DNA of 64,000 bases from Vicinamibacterales bacterium (GCA_050247355.1 JBFWUK010000015.1:25821-89820), one strand, 5' to 3'; counted from the first letter of the stretch, positions 28,301-37,765 are shown. A program made the numbers and translations. The notes: generated by a model not told the origin, from the letters alone.

Positions 28301-29104
28301 CTCGCGTTCCGGGAACTCGACCCACGCCACCCACGGGGTGCCCGGCACCGCGCCGACGGCGCCAATGCGAACATCGCCGGCGCCGGCATCGTAGGTGCGG
28401 GCGCCGTCGGTGGAGAGGTCGACCTGCGGGCCCGGCGACAGCCGGGTCGCGTCGGTCCAGACGTCGCCGGCGCGATTGCCGAACAGAACGCGCGCGTCCT
28501 GGCCGACCAGGCGGTTCAACAGGCCGGGCGGGTTGATGGCCAGGCCCGCGCGCAAGGCGAGCGTTCCCAACGGGCGGCGCGCCGGATCGTCGCTTTGAAT
28601 CGGCAAGGCCATGTCGGTGATGGCGCGCGTGCCGAGCGCCTGCATGGGACCGATACCGGGCGGCGGTGCCCGCAACGGGGAGGGCAAGTCGTCGGCGCCG
28701 GTTCCCGGCGGCGAGTCTTCCGGCAGGTCAAGGGCGAGGGTCCCGTCGGCGCTCCACAGTGTGACCCGCCGGTTGCCCACGGCCGCCAACGGCGCCAGCC
28801 GGGCGCGAGCCGCGTCGAGCTTGGAAGTGGTGGGATCGGCAAGGGCGGCGCGTACTGCCGGCACCGCGCCACGCATTTGTTCCACCGATTGCGCGGCGCT
28901 CTGGGTCAGGAGCCCGGCGACCTGCCGGGTGGCTTGGCCGGCGCGCTCGGCCGCGGCATCGTGGAGGGTGGACGACACCTCGAGGAAGGCCAGATACAGG
29001 ACGGCAACCAGCGCCGCGAGACAACTGCCCGCGATCAGCAGGGTCAGTCGCCACTCGAGCGACCGCCACGATGGAAGGTTGACGCCGAGCGTGGCAGCAG
29101 CCAT
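25358..29104 (-). CDS. hybrid sensor histidine kinase (periplasmic sensor, HAMP, multiple PAS, HisKA, HATPase, receiver)
   Basis: 1248 aa. Two TM helices flank an extracytoplasmic domain. H-box GGVAHDFNNLL, G-box DTGTGM...GTGLGL, and a C-terminal receiver (VLVVEDA...LLTDVVMPG). Confidence 0.9.
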   Translation of the reverse strand: MAAATLGVNLPSWRSLEWRLTLLIAGSCLAALVAVLYLAFLEVSSTLHDAAAERAGQATRQVAGLLTQSAAQSVEQMRGAVPAVRAALADPTTSKLDAARARLAPLAAVGNRRVTLWSADGTLALDLPEDSPPGTGADDLPSPLRAPPPGIGPMQALGTRAITDMALPIQSDDPARRPLGTLALRAGLAINPPGLLNRLVGQDARVLFGNRAGDVWTDATRLSPGPQVDLSTDGARTYDAGAGDVRIGAVGAVPGTPWVAWVEFPEREITTRANHFLRRMAGLAFAIAGSTALLSLWFSRRLTTPLAQMTTAAEAIAGGDFSRRVATGGTEIGRLGHAFNTMSAEVANAHQRLEQRVVERTEELNTALAALDHRSRERENYLATIVDSSLDAIIGKDLDGRVTSWNRGAEQIFGYTASEVIGRPSLFLVPRDRRDEEAAILHTIRRGGTVGHFTTVRQAKDGRLLDVSLTISPIRDAAGQIVGVSKVARNVTAAKEAEARLVEREQQLSLYAEHSPVAVAMFDVDMCYLVASTRWIEDFKLGDTPLIGRSHYEVFPGLPEHWKAIHRRCLAGASEKRDEEQFVRADGSISWIRWEVKPWRQADGAIGGLIIFSEDITARKHAEERLSASEDRYRTLFDWAPDGIVISDTDGYYLDANPSVCDMLGYHRGELVGLHATDIVSSSEVDHIEPALTTIAGNLDYQREWTLRRRDGTTFQADVIATRMPDGLILGMLRDVTERNRAIEAVRAAEERMRFALESAEVGIWDADYRTGVVVWSPILERQHGLEPGTFAGTFEAFMAGVHPEDRATVSGIIDRAVKSGQDYSMQHRVIWPDGSVRWLTVAGRVHLDAHGKALRATGVSIDNTDRRQLEAQFQQAQKMEAIGRLAGGVAHDFNNLLTIILGNCELLATSVSDARTLRQVIGIETAASQAAGLTRQLLAFSRKQIIEPTLVDLNKVIGDLRKMLGRLIGEDITVVVDLPPDVGPVLADHNQIEQVVMNLAVNARDAMPSGGTLTLQTANVDLDEHYAASHFGTPPGSYVVLTCSDTGTGMTPEVQARLFEPFFTTKEMGKGTGLGLATVHGIVKRSGGSIGVYSEPGKGSSFKVYFPRVENADVVAPAIVKAPVRGGAETVLVVEDADLLRTVTKELLERLGYTVLTAENAGAAITVFDQHPEIAVLLTDVVMPGSSGPELTEQLTTRRPELKVVFMSGYTEEAMLQHRVAMSGAAFLHKPFNSDALGRAIRNALAT

Positions 29105-29162
29105 CAGAATGGTAGGGCGGGCATCATATCCTGTTTGGCGGCGCCCGCCGCGCCCGGCGGTC

Positions 29163-29906
29163 CTAGCTCAGCATGTTCCTGATCGCCGCCGCCATCATTG
29201 CCGCGCCGGCAAGGATGAGCAGCCACAGCACCCATTTCTTGAATGCCCCCGGGCTCATGCCGATGTAGATTTTCGACCCATACACCGAGGGCAGTATCAA
29301 TGAGCCCGCGACCACGCCCATTTGCGGCAGCAGGCCGGCATGGGCCCGGCCCGAGGCGACGAGTGATGCCAGCGTGGCCGACAACACGATCAAGTTGAAG
29401 TTCTGCATCACCGAGCGGTGCTCGTCCTTGGTGTAGCCGCGCAGCGCGCACCACAGCGCCGGCGCCAGGCCGCTGAAACCGCTGAGCGGCGCCATCACGC
29501 CGCCGAGCAGGCCGACGCCGGCGTCAGCCAGCCGGCCGCCGCGGCGGATGGCGGGCAGGCTGGCCGTGGCGATCATCGCCGAGCAGCACACCACCAGCAG
29601 AGTACCGAGCACCAGCTTGAAACGATTGGGATCGAGCAACGGCAGCAGCATGGTGCCAATCGGAATGCCCACGGCGCTGCCCACCACGAAGGGCCAGAGC
29701 AACGACAGGTGCCAGCCGCGGCGAACCCTGAGCACCGAGATGACCTGCCCGGTCCAGCCGCCGAACACGGCCATGATCGCGGCCAGGGCCGGGTCGACGC
29801 CCCACACCCAAATCGCCATCGCCACCATCGCGAAGGCAAACCCGGAGATTCCTTGCACGAGGCCGGCAACCGCGGCTCCGAACGCCAACACCCACATCTC
29901 ACTCAT
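29163..29906 (-). CDS. TauE/SafE family sulfite-exporter-like membrane protein
   Basis: 247 aa, about 8 TM helices, with repeated glycine-rich TM pattern. Lies 58 nt upstream of the kinase gene on the same strand. Confidence 0.8.
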   Translation of the reverse strand: MSEMWVLAFGAAVAGLVQGISGFAFAMVAMAIWVWGVDPALAAIMAVFGGWTGQVISVLRVRRGWHLSLLWPFVVGSAVGIPIGTMLLPLLDPNRFKLVLGTLLVVCCSAMIATASLPAIRRGGRLADAGVGLLGGVMAPLSGFSGLAPALWCALRGYTKDEHRSVMQNFNLIVLSATLASLVASGRAHAGLLPQMGVVAGSLILPSVYGSKIYIGMSPGAFKKWVLWLLILAGAAMMAAAIRNMLS

Positions 29907-30034
29907 TGCGTGACCAGCCCTCTAGGGAATCAGAACAATCCGTATTTCTGATGGAAGAGGTGCCACCACAGCCCCCGGGAGATGGATAGTGTATTCCGAA
30001 TTGTCGTGCTGGAAAAGGGCCGCGGGCGGGTCAG

Positions 30035-32560
30035 CTATTCGGCTCGCAAGGCGACGGTGGGGTCGACGCCCGCTGCCCGCGCCGCCGGCACGTAGCAGGC
30101 ACTGAATGCGGCGAGCACCAGGGGAATCGGCGCGACCACCAGCATCCACGGGTCAATCACCGCCACGTCGACATCCATGTAGGCACGCACGAGCAGGCGT
30201 GCGGCCAGGCCGCCCCACAGGCCGAGGACGAGGCCTTCAATGACCGGGCGGTAGCCGTCCTTCATCACCATCAGCTTGATTTGGGCGGCGGTTGCCCCCA
30301 GCGACATGCGGACGCCGATCTCGCGCGTGCGATGAGCGACCACGTTCGCCTGCACGCCGAACAGCCCCACCATCGACAGCAGCAGCGTGAAGCCGCCGAG
30401 ATACAGCGTCGCAAGGCCGCCGGCGCGCAGCAGCGCGAAGGGGCCGGCAAGGGTCGCGCCGCCGGTGCCGATGACGTCCACCGCCAGGTCCGGATCGGCG
30501 CGCCGGATCGCCTCGCGCAGGGCGGCGACCGCCGCGGCCGCGTCGCCGCCGCCGGCCCGCGCCGTCACCGTGATCGCATCCGCGAAGTGCTGCGAGAGCG
30601 GCAGGTAGACCAGCGGCCGCCGTTGGCTGTAAACGAACGAGACATCGGTGTCGCGCGCAATGCCGATCACTTCCGCGAGCACGTCCCGGCCGCCGCGTCG
30701 AAGGGCCAGCGAGCGGCCGACCGCCTCGCGCGAGCCGAATATCTGCGTCGCAGTCAGCTCGCTCAGAATGACGACGGGCGCCGCGGCCGCGCCGTCACTG
30801 TCGTTGAAGGCGCGCCCGCGCACGATCGGCGTGCCGAGGGTGCGGAACAACATCGGTGTCACGGCCAGGGCCGCCACCGGCGGCCGAGTCAGTGCCGCGG
30901 CGTCGTCGGGCAGGGCGATCGCCGCTTCCATGCCGGGCATCACGCCAAAGGGCAGGCCCGTTGACGCTGCCACGGTATCCACGGCGGGCTGGTGCCGCAG
31001 TTCTTCCAGCACGCGATCGATCGTGCGCCGGATGCGGCCCTCATCCCACGGCCCATTGCGGAAGTTGAGCGCGGCCACCGCGATGCGGTCGATCTCCACT
31101 CCGGTGTCGTGGCGCGCCAACTGCCACGTTCCGCGGATGAACATGGTGGCGACGATGAAGAAGCCGGTGGCGATGGCGACCTGCCAGCGAATCACCAGTC
31201 GCTGGCGGCCCACGCGCGGTCGTACGCCGCTGGCGCCTCTGGCGAGCGCGCTCCGGATGTCGAGCGTGCGCGCCAGTTGCACGGCCGGCTCGAGGCCGAA
31301 CACCGCCAGGGCCAGCAGCGTCGACGCCAGGGCGACGGCCAACGCCCGCGGGTCGAGCACCGGACGGATGGCCAGCGACGCGCGCACCGGGCCGAAGCCG
31401 AACGTGAACTCGGTGGTCATCACCGCCGCCAGCACCAGGAAGATCCCATAAGACGCGGCCATGCCGGCGGCCGCCAGGATCAGGCTCTCGACGCATTGCT
31501 CCCAGATCAATCGTCCGCGCGAGGCGCCCATCGCCATGCGAACGGCGAGCTCGCCCTGCCGCGCCGCGCCGCGCGCCAACACGAGGTTGGCCAGGTTGGT
31601 GCAGGCGACGACGAGCACCAGCGCCACGAGCGCCACCAGCATCAGGCCGAAGCGGCGGTTGGTATCGCCCGCCTGCCCGGTGTCGGTCACGGGCCTGGCC
31701 GACCACCGGCGCGGGTTGGGTCCGACTCGGCCGCTGACCTGAGTCTGCGGGTGTGACTGGTCGAGACGGGCGGCGATGGCGGTGAGTTCAGCCGAGGCGC
31801 TGGCCGCGGTACTGTTCGGCGCCAGGCGGCCAAACACGAGCAGCCCCCGTCGTTCGCGCGGGTTCTCGCCTGCGGCCGCAGCGGTGGAGTCAAGGCCCGC
31901 CGACAGCGGGATCCAGAGGCGCGTCGTGCGCAGGCCGCCCAGCAGGCCGCGATAGGCGGGCGGCGCCACGCCGATCACTTCGAACGGCTGGCCGTTGACG
32001 CGAATGGTGCGGCCAAGAACGTCGGCTCGCCCCGCGAATCGATTGCGCCAGAGCTCGCTGCTGAGCACCGCCACCCGCGCGTCACCGGCAAGATCGGCCT
32101 GCTGAATGACGCGGCCGAGTTGGGCGCCAACGGCCAGGGTTGAAAAGTACGCGCCGTCCACCGCTTCGGCGGTCAGGACCTCGGCGATGGTCGTCGTCGT
32201 CACCGACGGCAGCAGCGGCAGGCTTGCCGCGACGGCGCTGAACGACGACTGGGCCGCTCGCAGGTCATCGAAGTCGGGCCGCGAGAGCGAACTCGCTTGC
32301 GTCCGGCCGCCGACTGGCGTCGACACGAATGCGACGCGTTCCGCGTCATCGACACCGAGGTCCGCGACGAGCAGGGCGTCGACCACCGAGTACACCGCCG
32401 TCGTGATGGCGACGCCGGCCGCCAGCGACACGACGGCGAAGATGGTGAACATGGGCGTGGCCACGAGCCGGACCAACGCCTGCCTGAGCAGCACACCGCA
32501 TTCTACGCGGCAAACCTGAAGGACTCCGCCGCCCGCGCCGCGGCCGGTCACCACGTTCAT
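30035..32560 (-). CDS. ADOP-type duplicated MacB/FtsX-like orphan permease
   Basis: 841 aa with two MacB-periplasmic-core plus FtsX modules in one chain. No adjacent ABC ATPase. Confidence 0.8.
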   Translation of the reverse strand: MNVVTGRGAGGGVLQVCRVECGVLLRQALVRLVATPMFTIFAVVSLAAGVAITTAVYSVVDALLVADLGVDDAERVAFVSTPVGGRTQASSLSRPDFDDLRAAQSSFSAVAASLPLLPSVTTTTIAEVLTAEAVDGAYFSTLAVGAQLGRVIQQADLAGDARVAVLSSELWRNRFAGRADVLGRTIRVNGQPFEVIGVAPPAYRGLLGGLRTTRLWIPLSAGLDSTAAAAGENPRERRGLLVFGRLAPNSTAASASAELTAIAARLDQSHPQTQVSGRVGPNPRRWSARPVTDTGQAGDTNRRFGLMLVALVALVLVVACTNLANLVLARGAARQGELAVRMAMGASRGRLIWEQCVESLILAAAGMAASYGIFLVLAAVMTTEFTFGFGPVRASLAIRPVLDPRALAVALASTLLALAVFGLEPAVQLARTLDIRSALARGASGVRPRVGRQRLVIRWQVAIATGFFIVATMFIRGTWQLARHDTGVEIDRIAVAALNFRNGPWDEGRIRRTIDRVLEELRHQPAVDTVAASTGLPFGVMPGMEAAIALPDDAAALTRPPVAALAVTPMLFRTLGTPIVRGRAFNDSDGAAAAPVVILSELTATQIFGSREAVGRSLALRRGGRDVLAEVIGIARDTDVSFVYSQRRPLVYLPLSQHFADAITVTARAGGGDAAAAVAALREAIRRADPDLAVDVIGTGGATLAGPFALLRAGGLATLYLGGFTLLLSMVGLFGVQANVVAHRTREIGVRMSLGATAAQIKLMVMKDGYRPVIEGLVLGLWGGLAARLLVRAYMDVDVAVIDPWMLVVAPIPLVLAAFSACYVPAARAAGVDPTVALRAE

Positions 32561-32647
32561 CCCTGAATCGGGCGGGATCGTCGATCATCGGCCAGACCTC
32601 GGGTGGTGATCGGGACGCCGGACCCACGTCTCGGGCATAACCCACAC

Positions 32648-33982
32648 ATGACCACTCGCCGCATGACCACGGCCGCTGCCTTTGCCCTGTTACTGTGGGC
32701 GCCGGCGGCCCAGGCACAAAAGTGGCCGGCCTTCCGCGGTCCCAACGGTTCCGGCATTGCCGCCGGTCCGCTGCCGGCGCAGTGGGACGGCGAGAACGGC
32801 AGCAACATCCTGTGGAAGACGCCCTTGCCGGGCCTGGGGCACTCCAGTCCGGTGGTGTGGGGCGACCGGATCTTCCTGACCTTGGCCATCAGCAGCGCCG
32901 CCAACCCCAATCACAATCCCAAGGACGCCGACATCGAGCCGTCGAACGATCAGTCCAGGCACGAATGGCGGGTGGTCAGCCTCGACAAGCGCAGCGGGAA
33001 GATCCTGTGGTCGCAGACCGCGCACACGGGCGTGCCGAAGGTAAAGCGCCACGTCAAGGCGACGCAGGCCAACGCCACTCCGGTCACCGACGGCAACGTC
33101 GTCGTCGTATCGTTCGGGTCGGAAGGTCTCTATGCCTACGACATGGACGGCACGCTGCGGTGGAAGCAGGACCTCGGCATTCTCGATCCGGGCTACGCCG
33201 GCCAGCCCGACCTGTCGTGGGGCTTCGCCAGCTCGCCCGTGATCTACCAGGACCTCGTCATCCTGCAGTGCGACATCCAGAAGGGGTCGTTCATCGCGGC
33301 GTTCAACCTGAAAGACGGTTCGCGCGCCTGGACGACCACGCGCGACGAGATACCGGCGTGGAGCACGCCGGTCATCTACCGCGGGAAGACCCGGACCGAA
33401 CTCGTCACCAGCGGCTCGAAGTACTACCGCGGCTACGATCCGCTGACCGGCAAGGAGCTGTGGCGTCTGCGCGACGGCAGCGAGGTGAAAGTGCCGTCAC
33501 CGGTGATCGCCAACGACCTGTTCTACCTGACCGGCGGCAACCCGCGCGGCCGCGAGTTCTACGTGATGCGGCCCAACGCGGCGGGCGACGTGTCCATTCC
33601 GCTGACGCAGGACTCGAGCGCCAGCGTCGCGTGGCGCAAGCAAAAAGGCAGCCCGTACACGCCCACGCCCATTGTCTACGACGGCCATCTCTACGTCTGC
33701 AACGACAACGGCGTGTTGACGGTGTATGACGCCGCCAGCGGCGCCCAGCGCTATCAGCACCGGATTGGCACGACGAACAGCACGTTCAGCGCGTCGCCGA
33801 TTGCCGGCAGCGGCCGCGTCTATTTCTCGAGCGAGGACGGCGAGGTGTTCGTGGTCAAGGCGGGGCCGGTGTACGAGCTGCTCGCGACCAACCGCATGGG
33901 CGAGCCGCTGATGGCGACGCCGGCCGCCTCCGACGGGATGCTGCTGATCCGCGGACAGCGGCACCTCTTCGGGGTGAAGTAA
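32648..33982 (+). CDS. secreted PQQ-like/BamB-like beta-propeller repeat protein
   Basis: Signal peptide AAAFALLLWAPAAQA. Repeated propeller blades (SSPVVWGDRIFL, ATPVTDGNVVVV, SSPVIYQDLVIL, PTPIVYDGHLYV). An alternative start exists at 32663. Confidence 0.65.
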   Translation: MTTRRMTTAAAFALLLWAPAAQAQKWPAFRGPNGSGIAAGPLPAQWDGENGSNILWKTPLPGLGHSSPVVWGDRIFLTLAISSAANPNHNPKDADIEPSNDQSRHEWRVVSLDKRSGKILWSQTAHTGVPKVKRHVKATQANATPVTDGNVVVVSFGSEGLYAYDMDGTLRWKQDLGILDPGYAGQPDLSWGFASSPVIYQDLVILQCDIQKGSFIAAFNLKDGSRAWTTTRDEIPAWSTPVIYRGKTRTELVTSGSKYYRGYDPLTGKELWRLRDGSEVKVPSPVIANDLFYLTGGNPRGREFYVMRPNAAGDVSIPLTQDSSASVAWRKQKGSPYTPTPIVYDGHLYVCNDNGVLTVYDAASGAQRYQHRIGTTNSTFSASPIAGSGRVYFSSEDGEVFVVKAGPVYELLATNRMGEPLMATPAASDGMLLIRGQRHLFGVK

Positions 33983-33983
33983 C

Positions 33984-34021
33984 AGGAGCTGAAGAGATCA
34001 AGAGTTAACTCTTCAACTCCT
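33984..34021. terminator. AT-rich 13-bp imperfect hairpin between convergent genes
   Basis: AGGAGCTGAAGAG (33984-33996) pairs with CTCTTCAACTCCT (34009-34021) with 1 mismatch. A nested perfect 14-nt palindrome AAGAGTTAACTCTT lies at 34000-34013 and a second small hairpin CTTCT-GTA-AGAAG at 34026-34038. Confidence 0.4.
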
Positions 34022-34149
34022 GATCTTCTGTAAGAAGCAGAACGGGCGGCGGGCGGACATCTGCACCTGCACGCAGTCCCAGGCGACGGTGGCGTTGACG
34101 ATCGGTGTCAGTGTTGATCGAGTGGGCGATCGCCAGGCGGGGGCGAGCC

Positions 34150-35481
34150 TCATATCGCGTCGCTGATCGACGTGAACGCGAACCCCGACAGCTTAAGCGC
34201 CGGCACCATCATCGGCGACCGCCGTTCCGGCGCGCCGATGGCCTCCACGTTCCACGGCGCCAGCATGGCCAGCACGCTCTGGTTGAAGCGCAGGTTGCGC
34301 ACCGGGTACTGGATGCGCCCCTTCTCGACCCACCACAGGCCGTCGCGGGTCAGGCCGGTCAGCATCAGCGTGCGCGGATCGATCTGGCGCACGTACCAGA
34401 ATCGCGAGATCACCAGGCCGCGCGCCATGCCCTTGATCATGTCGTCCATCGACACCGGCGGCTGCGAGCTCTCGATGATGTAGTTCACCGGTCCGGGCGT
34501 GGCGTCGCGCTTCTTTTCCTGCGCCCAGAAGCGCGAGTAGTTCAGGTTCTCGAGCACGCCGCCCTTGATCAACGACAACCGCGACGCGGGCACGCCTTCG
34601 CCCGTGCTGGGCGTCGCCGGCAGCTCCGGGTGCATCGGGTCGCTGTAGATGTTCAGGCGCTCGTTGAACAGGGCGTCGCCGACGCGGGTCTTGCCGTCCT
34701 TACCCGAGAACGCGCTGCGCCCTTCGTCCGCCGTCCTGGCATCGAGGCTGCCGGTGAGGAATCCCAGCAGGTCGGCCACCGCCTGCGGCTCGAGGATGAC
34801 GGGGTAGACGCCGGGTTCGATGGGCTTCGGCGCCCGCGAGCGAACCGCCTTGCCGACCGCCTGCTCGACAATCCGCTGCGAGTCGAGCCTGGCGAGATCG
34901 AAGTGATCGCCGGCGTAATAGCCCGACCCGGTGCCGTCGGCGCTGCGCGCCGTCAGGCTCAGCTCGGCCTGGCTGGAGCGGAAGTAGCGGCGGTTGCCAT
35001 TGGCCGTGGCCGATCCGGTGGCCGACGCGTTGGCGCTGTGGAAGCCGGCGCCTGTAACCTTTTCCTTGCGGCAGGTGTCGAGCACGGCGCCGAGCGCCGA
35101 CGCGCGCGCGGCGAGATCGGGCTCGGCCGTCGATGCCGCAAAGCCACGATCCTCACCGTAGGTGAGCGGGCCCAGGGTCGGCACGTACTCGCGGTGCACC
35201 GGCGAGACACGGGCAATCTGCACCGCTTCGTTTGCCAGTTGCTTCAACGCCTCGGCACTCGAGTCGTTGCCGGTGGCGGCGCCGCGCCGGCGGCCGACCC
35301 ACACCGTGATGTTGATGCCGAGGTCCTCGGCGCGGCCGCTGGTGGTGATGCGGTTGTCGGCAAAGCGCGCGTGCGACTGCACCGAACTTTGCACCGACAC
35401 GGCCGCGTCTTCGGCGCCCGCGGTCACGGCGTGCGCCAGCAGCGTCTCGCAGATTTGCAGCGATTCGTCCCGGTTCAACAT
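34150..35481 (-). CDS. pmbA: PmbA/TldE-like metalloprotease subunit (no signal peptide)
   Basis: ATG at 35481 (MLNRDESLQICETLL) inside track ORF 34150..35595. TldD/PmbA fold motifs. The start overlaps the tldD stop (TAATG). Confidence 0.8.
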   Translation of the reverse strand: MLNRDESLQICETLLAHAVTAGAEDAAVSVQSSVQSHARFADNRITTSGRAEDLGINITVWVGRRRGAATGNDSSAEALKQLANEAVQIARVSPVHREYVPTLGPLTYGEDRGFAASTAEPDLAARASALGAVLDTCRKEKVTGAGFHSANASATGSATANGNRRYFRSSQAELSLTARSADGTGSGYYAGDHFDLARLDSQRIVEQAVGKAVRSRAPKPIEPGVYPVILEPQAVADLLGFLTGSLDARTADEGRSAFSGKDGKTRVGDALFNERLNIYSDPMHPELPATPSTGEGVPASRLSLIKGGVLENLNYSRFWAQEKKRDATPGPVNYIIESSQPPVSMDDMIKGMARGLVISRFWYVRQIDPRTLMLTGLTRDGLWWVEKGRIQYPVRNLRFNQSVLAMLAPWNVEAIGAPERRSPMMVPALKLSGFAFTSISDAI

Positions 35482-37052
35482 TACGCCGCCCCCGTGTTCA
35501 GAACGGTCACGTTGCGGAATCTCGCGGGTGGGCAGCCGTGGCTGACCGCGTTGGTTTGTCCAGGCTCGCCCTTGCCGTCGGCCGACGTGCCCCACAGCTG
35601 ATAGGTCGCCGGACCTCCCAGGCCGTCACACGACGCCCAGAAATCAGGCGTCCGCGATTGGTAGGCGGCATCGCGCAGCATCGGTCCCAGCTTGCCGTTG
35701 GTGATCTCGCGAATCACTGCGCCGCCGAACTGGAAGTTGTAGCGCTGCTGGTCGATCGACGAGACGCCGCGGCCGACCACGTAGATGCCGCGCTTGATGT
35801 CGCTGAACAGCTCCTCGAGCGTGACCGCGGTCGGCGCCGGCTCCAGCGACACGTTGGGCATGCGCGGAAACGGCACGCTCGACCAGTCGTCGGCGTGCAG
35901 GCAGCCGTGCGAACGATCCTGCCCGACCAGCGGCGCCAGCTCGCGCGTCGTCTGCCAATCCACGAACATGCCGTCGCGGACAATGTGCCAGCGGTCCGAC
36001 TTCACGCCTTCGTCGTCATATCCGGTCGTGGCCAGCCCGCCGGGCTGGGTGCGATCGCCGACCAGGTTGACGATCTTCGCGCCGAAGCGCAGCTTGCCGG
36101 CGTCGGCGGGCTTGAGGAAGCTGGTGCCGGCCATGTTCGCCTCCCAGCCGAGCGCGCGATCGAGCTCGGTCGAGTGGCCGACCGATTCGTGGATGCAGAG
36201 GAACAGCTGCGACGGATCGACGACAACGTCGTAGCGGCCGGCGACGACCGGCTTGGCCTTCAGCTTCTCGACGACCTCGTGGCCGGCCTTCTCGGCATCG
36301 GCGAACCACGGATAGTCCTCGACGTATTCATAGCCCATCAGCTTGGCGCGATCGACGACCGGGCGCGTCTGGAAGTCGCCGCTGGTGCGATCGGCCGCGG
36401 TGGTGCTGAACTGCGGGTAGGTGCGCACCAGCCGCTGCGTGATGCGCGAGCCCTCGGTCGAAGCGAAGTACTTCTGTTCGTCGACGAACAGGATCTGCGA
36501 GCTGACGAAGCTGACGCCCGGCACCGCCATGGCGGTTTCGTTCAGCTTCATCAGGAACGCGGTCTTGGTCTCGAGGGGCACCTCGAACGGATCGCGCTTG
36601 ATCGGGTTGGCCCAGGTGGCGACCACCTTGTCGGCGTTGGCCAGCACGACCTTGCGGGTCACCAGTTGCGCGTTGGCCTTGGCGATGGCGACGGCCTGCT
36701 CGGCGGCGGCCCGCGCCGACGCGGCGTCAACGCGGTTGGTCGCGGCAAAGCCCCAGGCGCCGTTGACCAGCACCCGCAGGCCGAGGCCGTAGCTGGCCGA
36801 GCGCGACACGTTCTGCACCTGCCGCTCGCGGGTGGCAATCGACTCGCGACGGTAGCGGTTGATGCGGATGTCGGCGTAGCTGGCGCCAAGCGCCGTGGCC
36901 CGTGCCAGCGCCGCGTCGGCCGCCTCGGCGCGCCGTTCATCGTCGGTGGCGCCGGGCTGGAAGGCTTCGGCCCAATCAGGAACCCAGGTGGCGGCGACCA
37001 GCGCGCTGCCGGTGGCCAGGAACTGCCGTCGTGAAACCGGTGGTATCGACAT
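35481..37052 (-). CDS. tldD: TldD-like metalloprotease with a twin-arginine signal
   Basis: 523 aa. N-terminus MSIPPVSRRQFLATGSALVAATWVPDWAEA. Contains an HESVGHSTELD-type metal site. Confidence 0.85.
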   Translation of the reverse strand: MSIPPVSRRQFLATGSALVAATWVPDWAEAFQPGATDDERRAEAADAALARATALGASYADIRINRYRRESIATRERQVQNVSRSASYGLGLRVLVNGAWGFAATNRVDAASARAAAEQAVAIAKANAQLVTRKVVLANADKVVATWANPIKRDPFEVPLETKTAFLMKLNETAMAVPGVSFVSSQILFVDEQKYFASTEGSRITQRLVRTYPQFSTTAADRTSGDFQTRPVVDRAKLMGYEYVEDYPWFADAEKAGHEVVEKLKAKPVVAGRYDVVVDPSQLFLCIHESVGHSTELDRALGWEANMAGTSFLKPADAGKLRFGAKIVNLVGDRTQPGGLATTGYDDEGVKSDRWHIVRDGMFVDWQTTRELAPLVGQDRSHGCLHADDWSSVPFPRMPNVSLEPAPTAVTLEELFSDIKRGIYVVGRGVSSIDQQRYNFQFGGAVIREITNGKLGPMLRDAAYQSRTPDFWASCDGLGGPATYQLWGTSADGKGEPGQTNAVSHGCPPARFRNVTVLNTGAA

Positions 37053-37153
37053 TGCCGGCGATTATACCGGTCACGGGCGGCTGGGCTGCACGTCGGCATC
37101 CCCTATGCAACTGGCACGGCATGGCTACTAATCACTCGACCAACCGCAACGGG

Positions 37154-37714
37154 TTAGTTCCTGGCCCGCCATTCTTCGCGCGACTGCCCCCAGATGTCGA
37201 TGCGCGACTCGTGGTACGGCGATGGCAAGCGGCCGGGACCGAGATTGCGCGAGCCGAGCTTCTGCGCCACCACCTGCGACGCCACGTTGTCGGGGGCGAT
37301 GCTGTGGATGACGTCGGTCCAGCCCAGGTTGTCGAACGCCCAGGTGGTGGCGGCCGCCGCGCCCTCGGTGGCATAGCCGCGGCCCCAGCAGTCGCGGACG
37401 ATTGCCCAGCCGACCTCCGGCCCCGGCCAGTCAGCGGGCATCCACGGCCCCAGCCGCCCGACCCAGCGGCCGCTGGACTTCTCGATCACCGAGAACATGC
37501 CGAATCCGGTGGCGTGCCACGAGCCGATCATCGTCATCAACCCGCGCCACGACATCGAACGCCCCATGACGCCGCCGATGAAGCGCGCGGCTTCCGCGTC
37601 TGCCATCATCGCGGCCCACGCGTCCAGGTCTTCGACCCTGGGCACGCGCAGCAGCAGGCGCGAGGTTTCGAGTTGGAGTGAGTCGAGGTTCATCCGGTGT
37701 GCCGAGGTCGTCAT
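37154..37714 (-). CDS. GNAT family N-acetyltransferase (RimJ/RimL-like)
   Basis: LETSRLLLRVPRVEDLDAW...GWAIVRDCWGRGYATEGAAA. Start ATG at 37714, or alternatively 37693. Confidence 0.75.
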   Translation of the reverse strand: MTTSAHRMNLDSLQLETSRLLLRVPRVEDLDAWAAMMADAEAARFIGGVMGRSMSWRGLMTMIGSWHATGFGMFSVIEKSSGRWVGRLGPWMPADWPGPEVGWAIVRDCWGRGYATEGAAAATTWAFDNLGWTDVIHSIAPDNVASQVVAQKLGSRNLGPGRLPSPYHESRIDIWGQSREEWRARN

Positions 37715-37765
37715 GGTCCGTGCGTCTACGATACTGCACGGCGCCGGGCGCCTCAATCAGGCCGG

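Noticed and set aside
27080-29182. 700-aa plus-strand ORF opposite the histidine kinase
   Set aside because: Shadow frame. The kinase frame has HAMP, PAS, H-box and G-box features.
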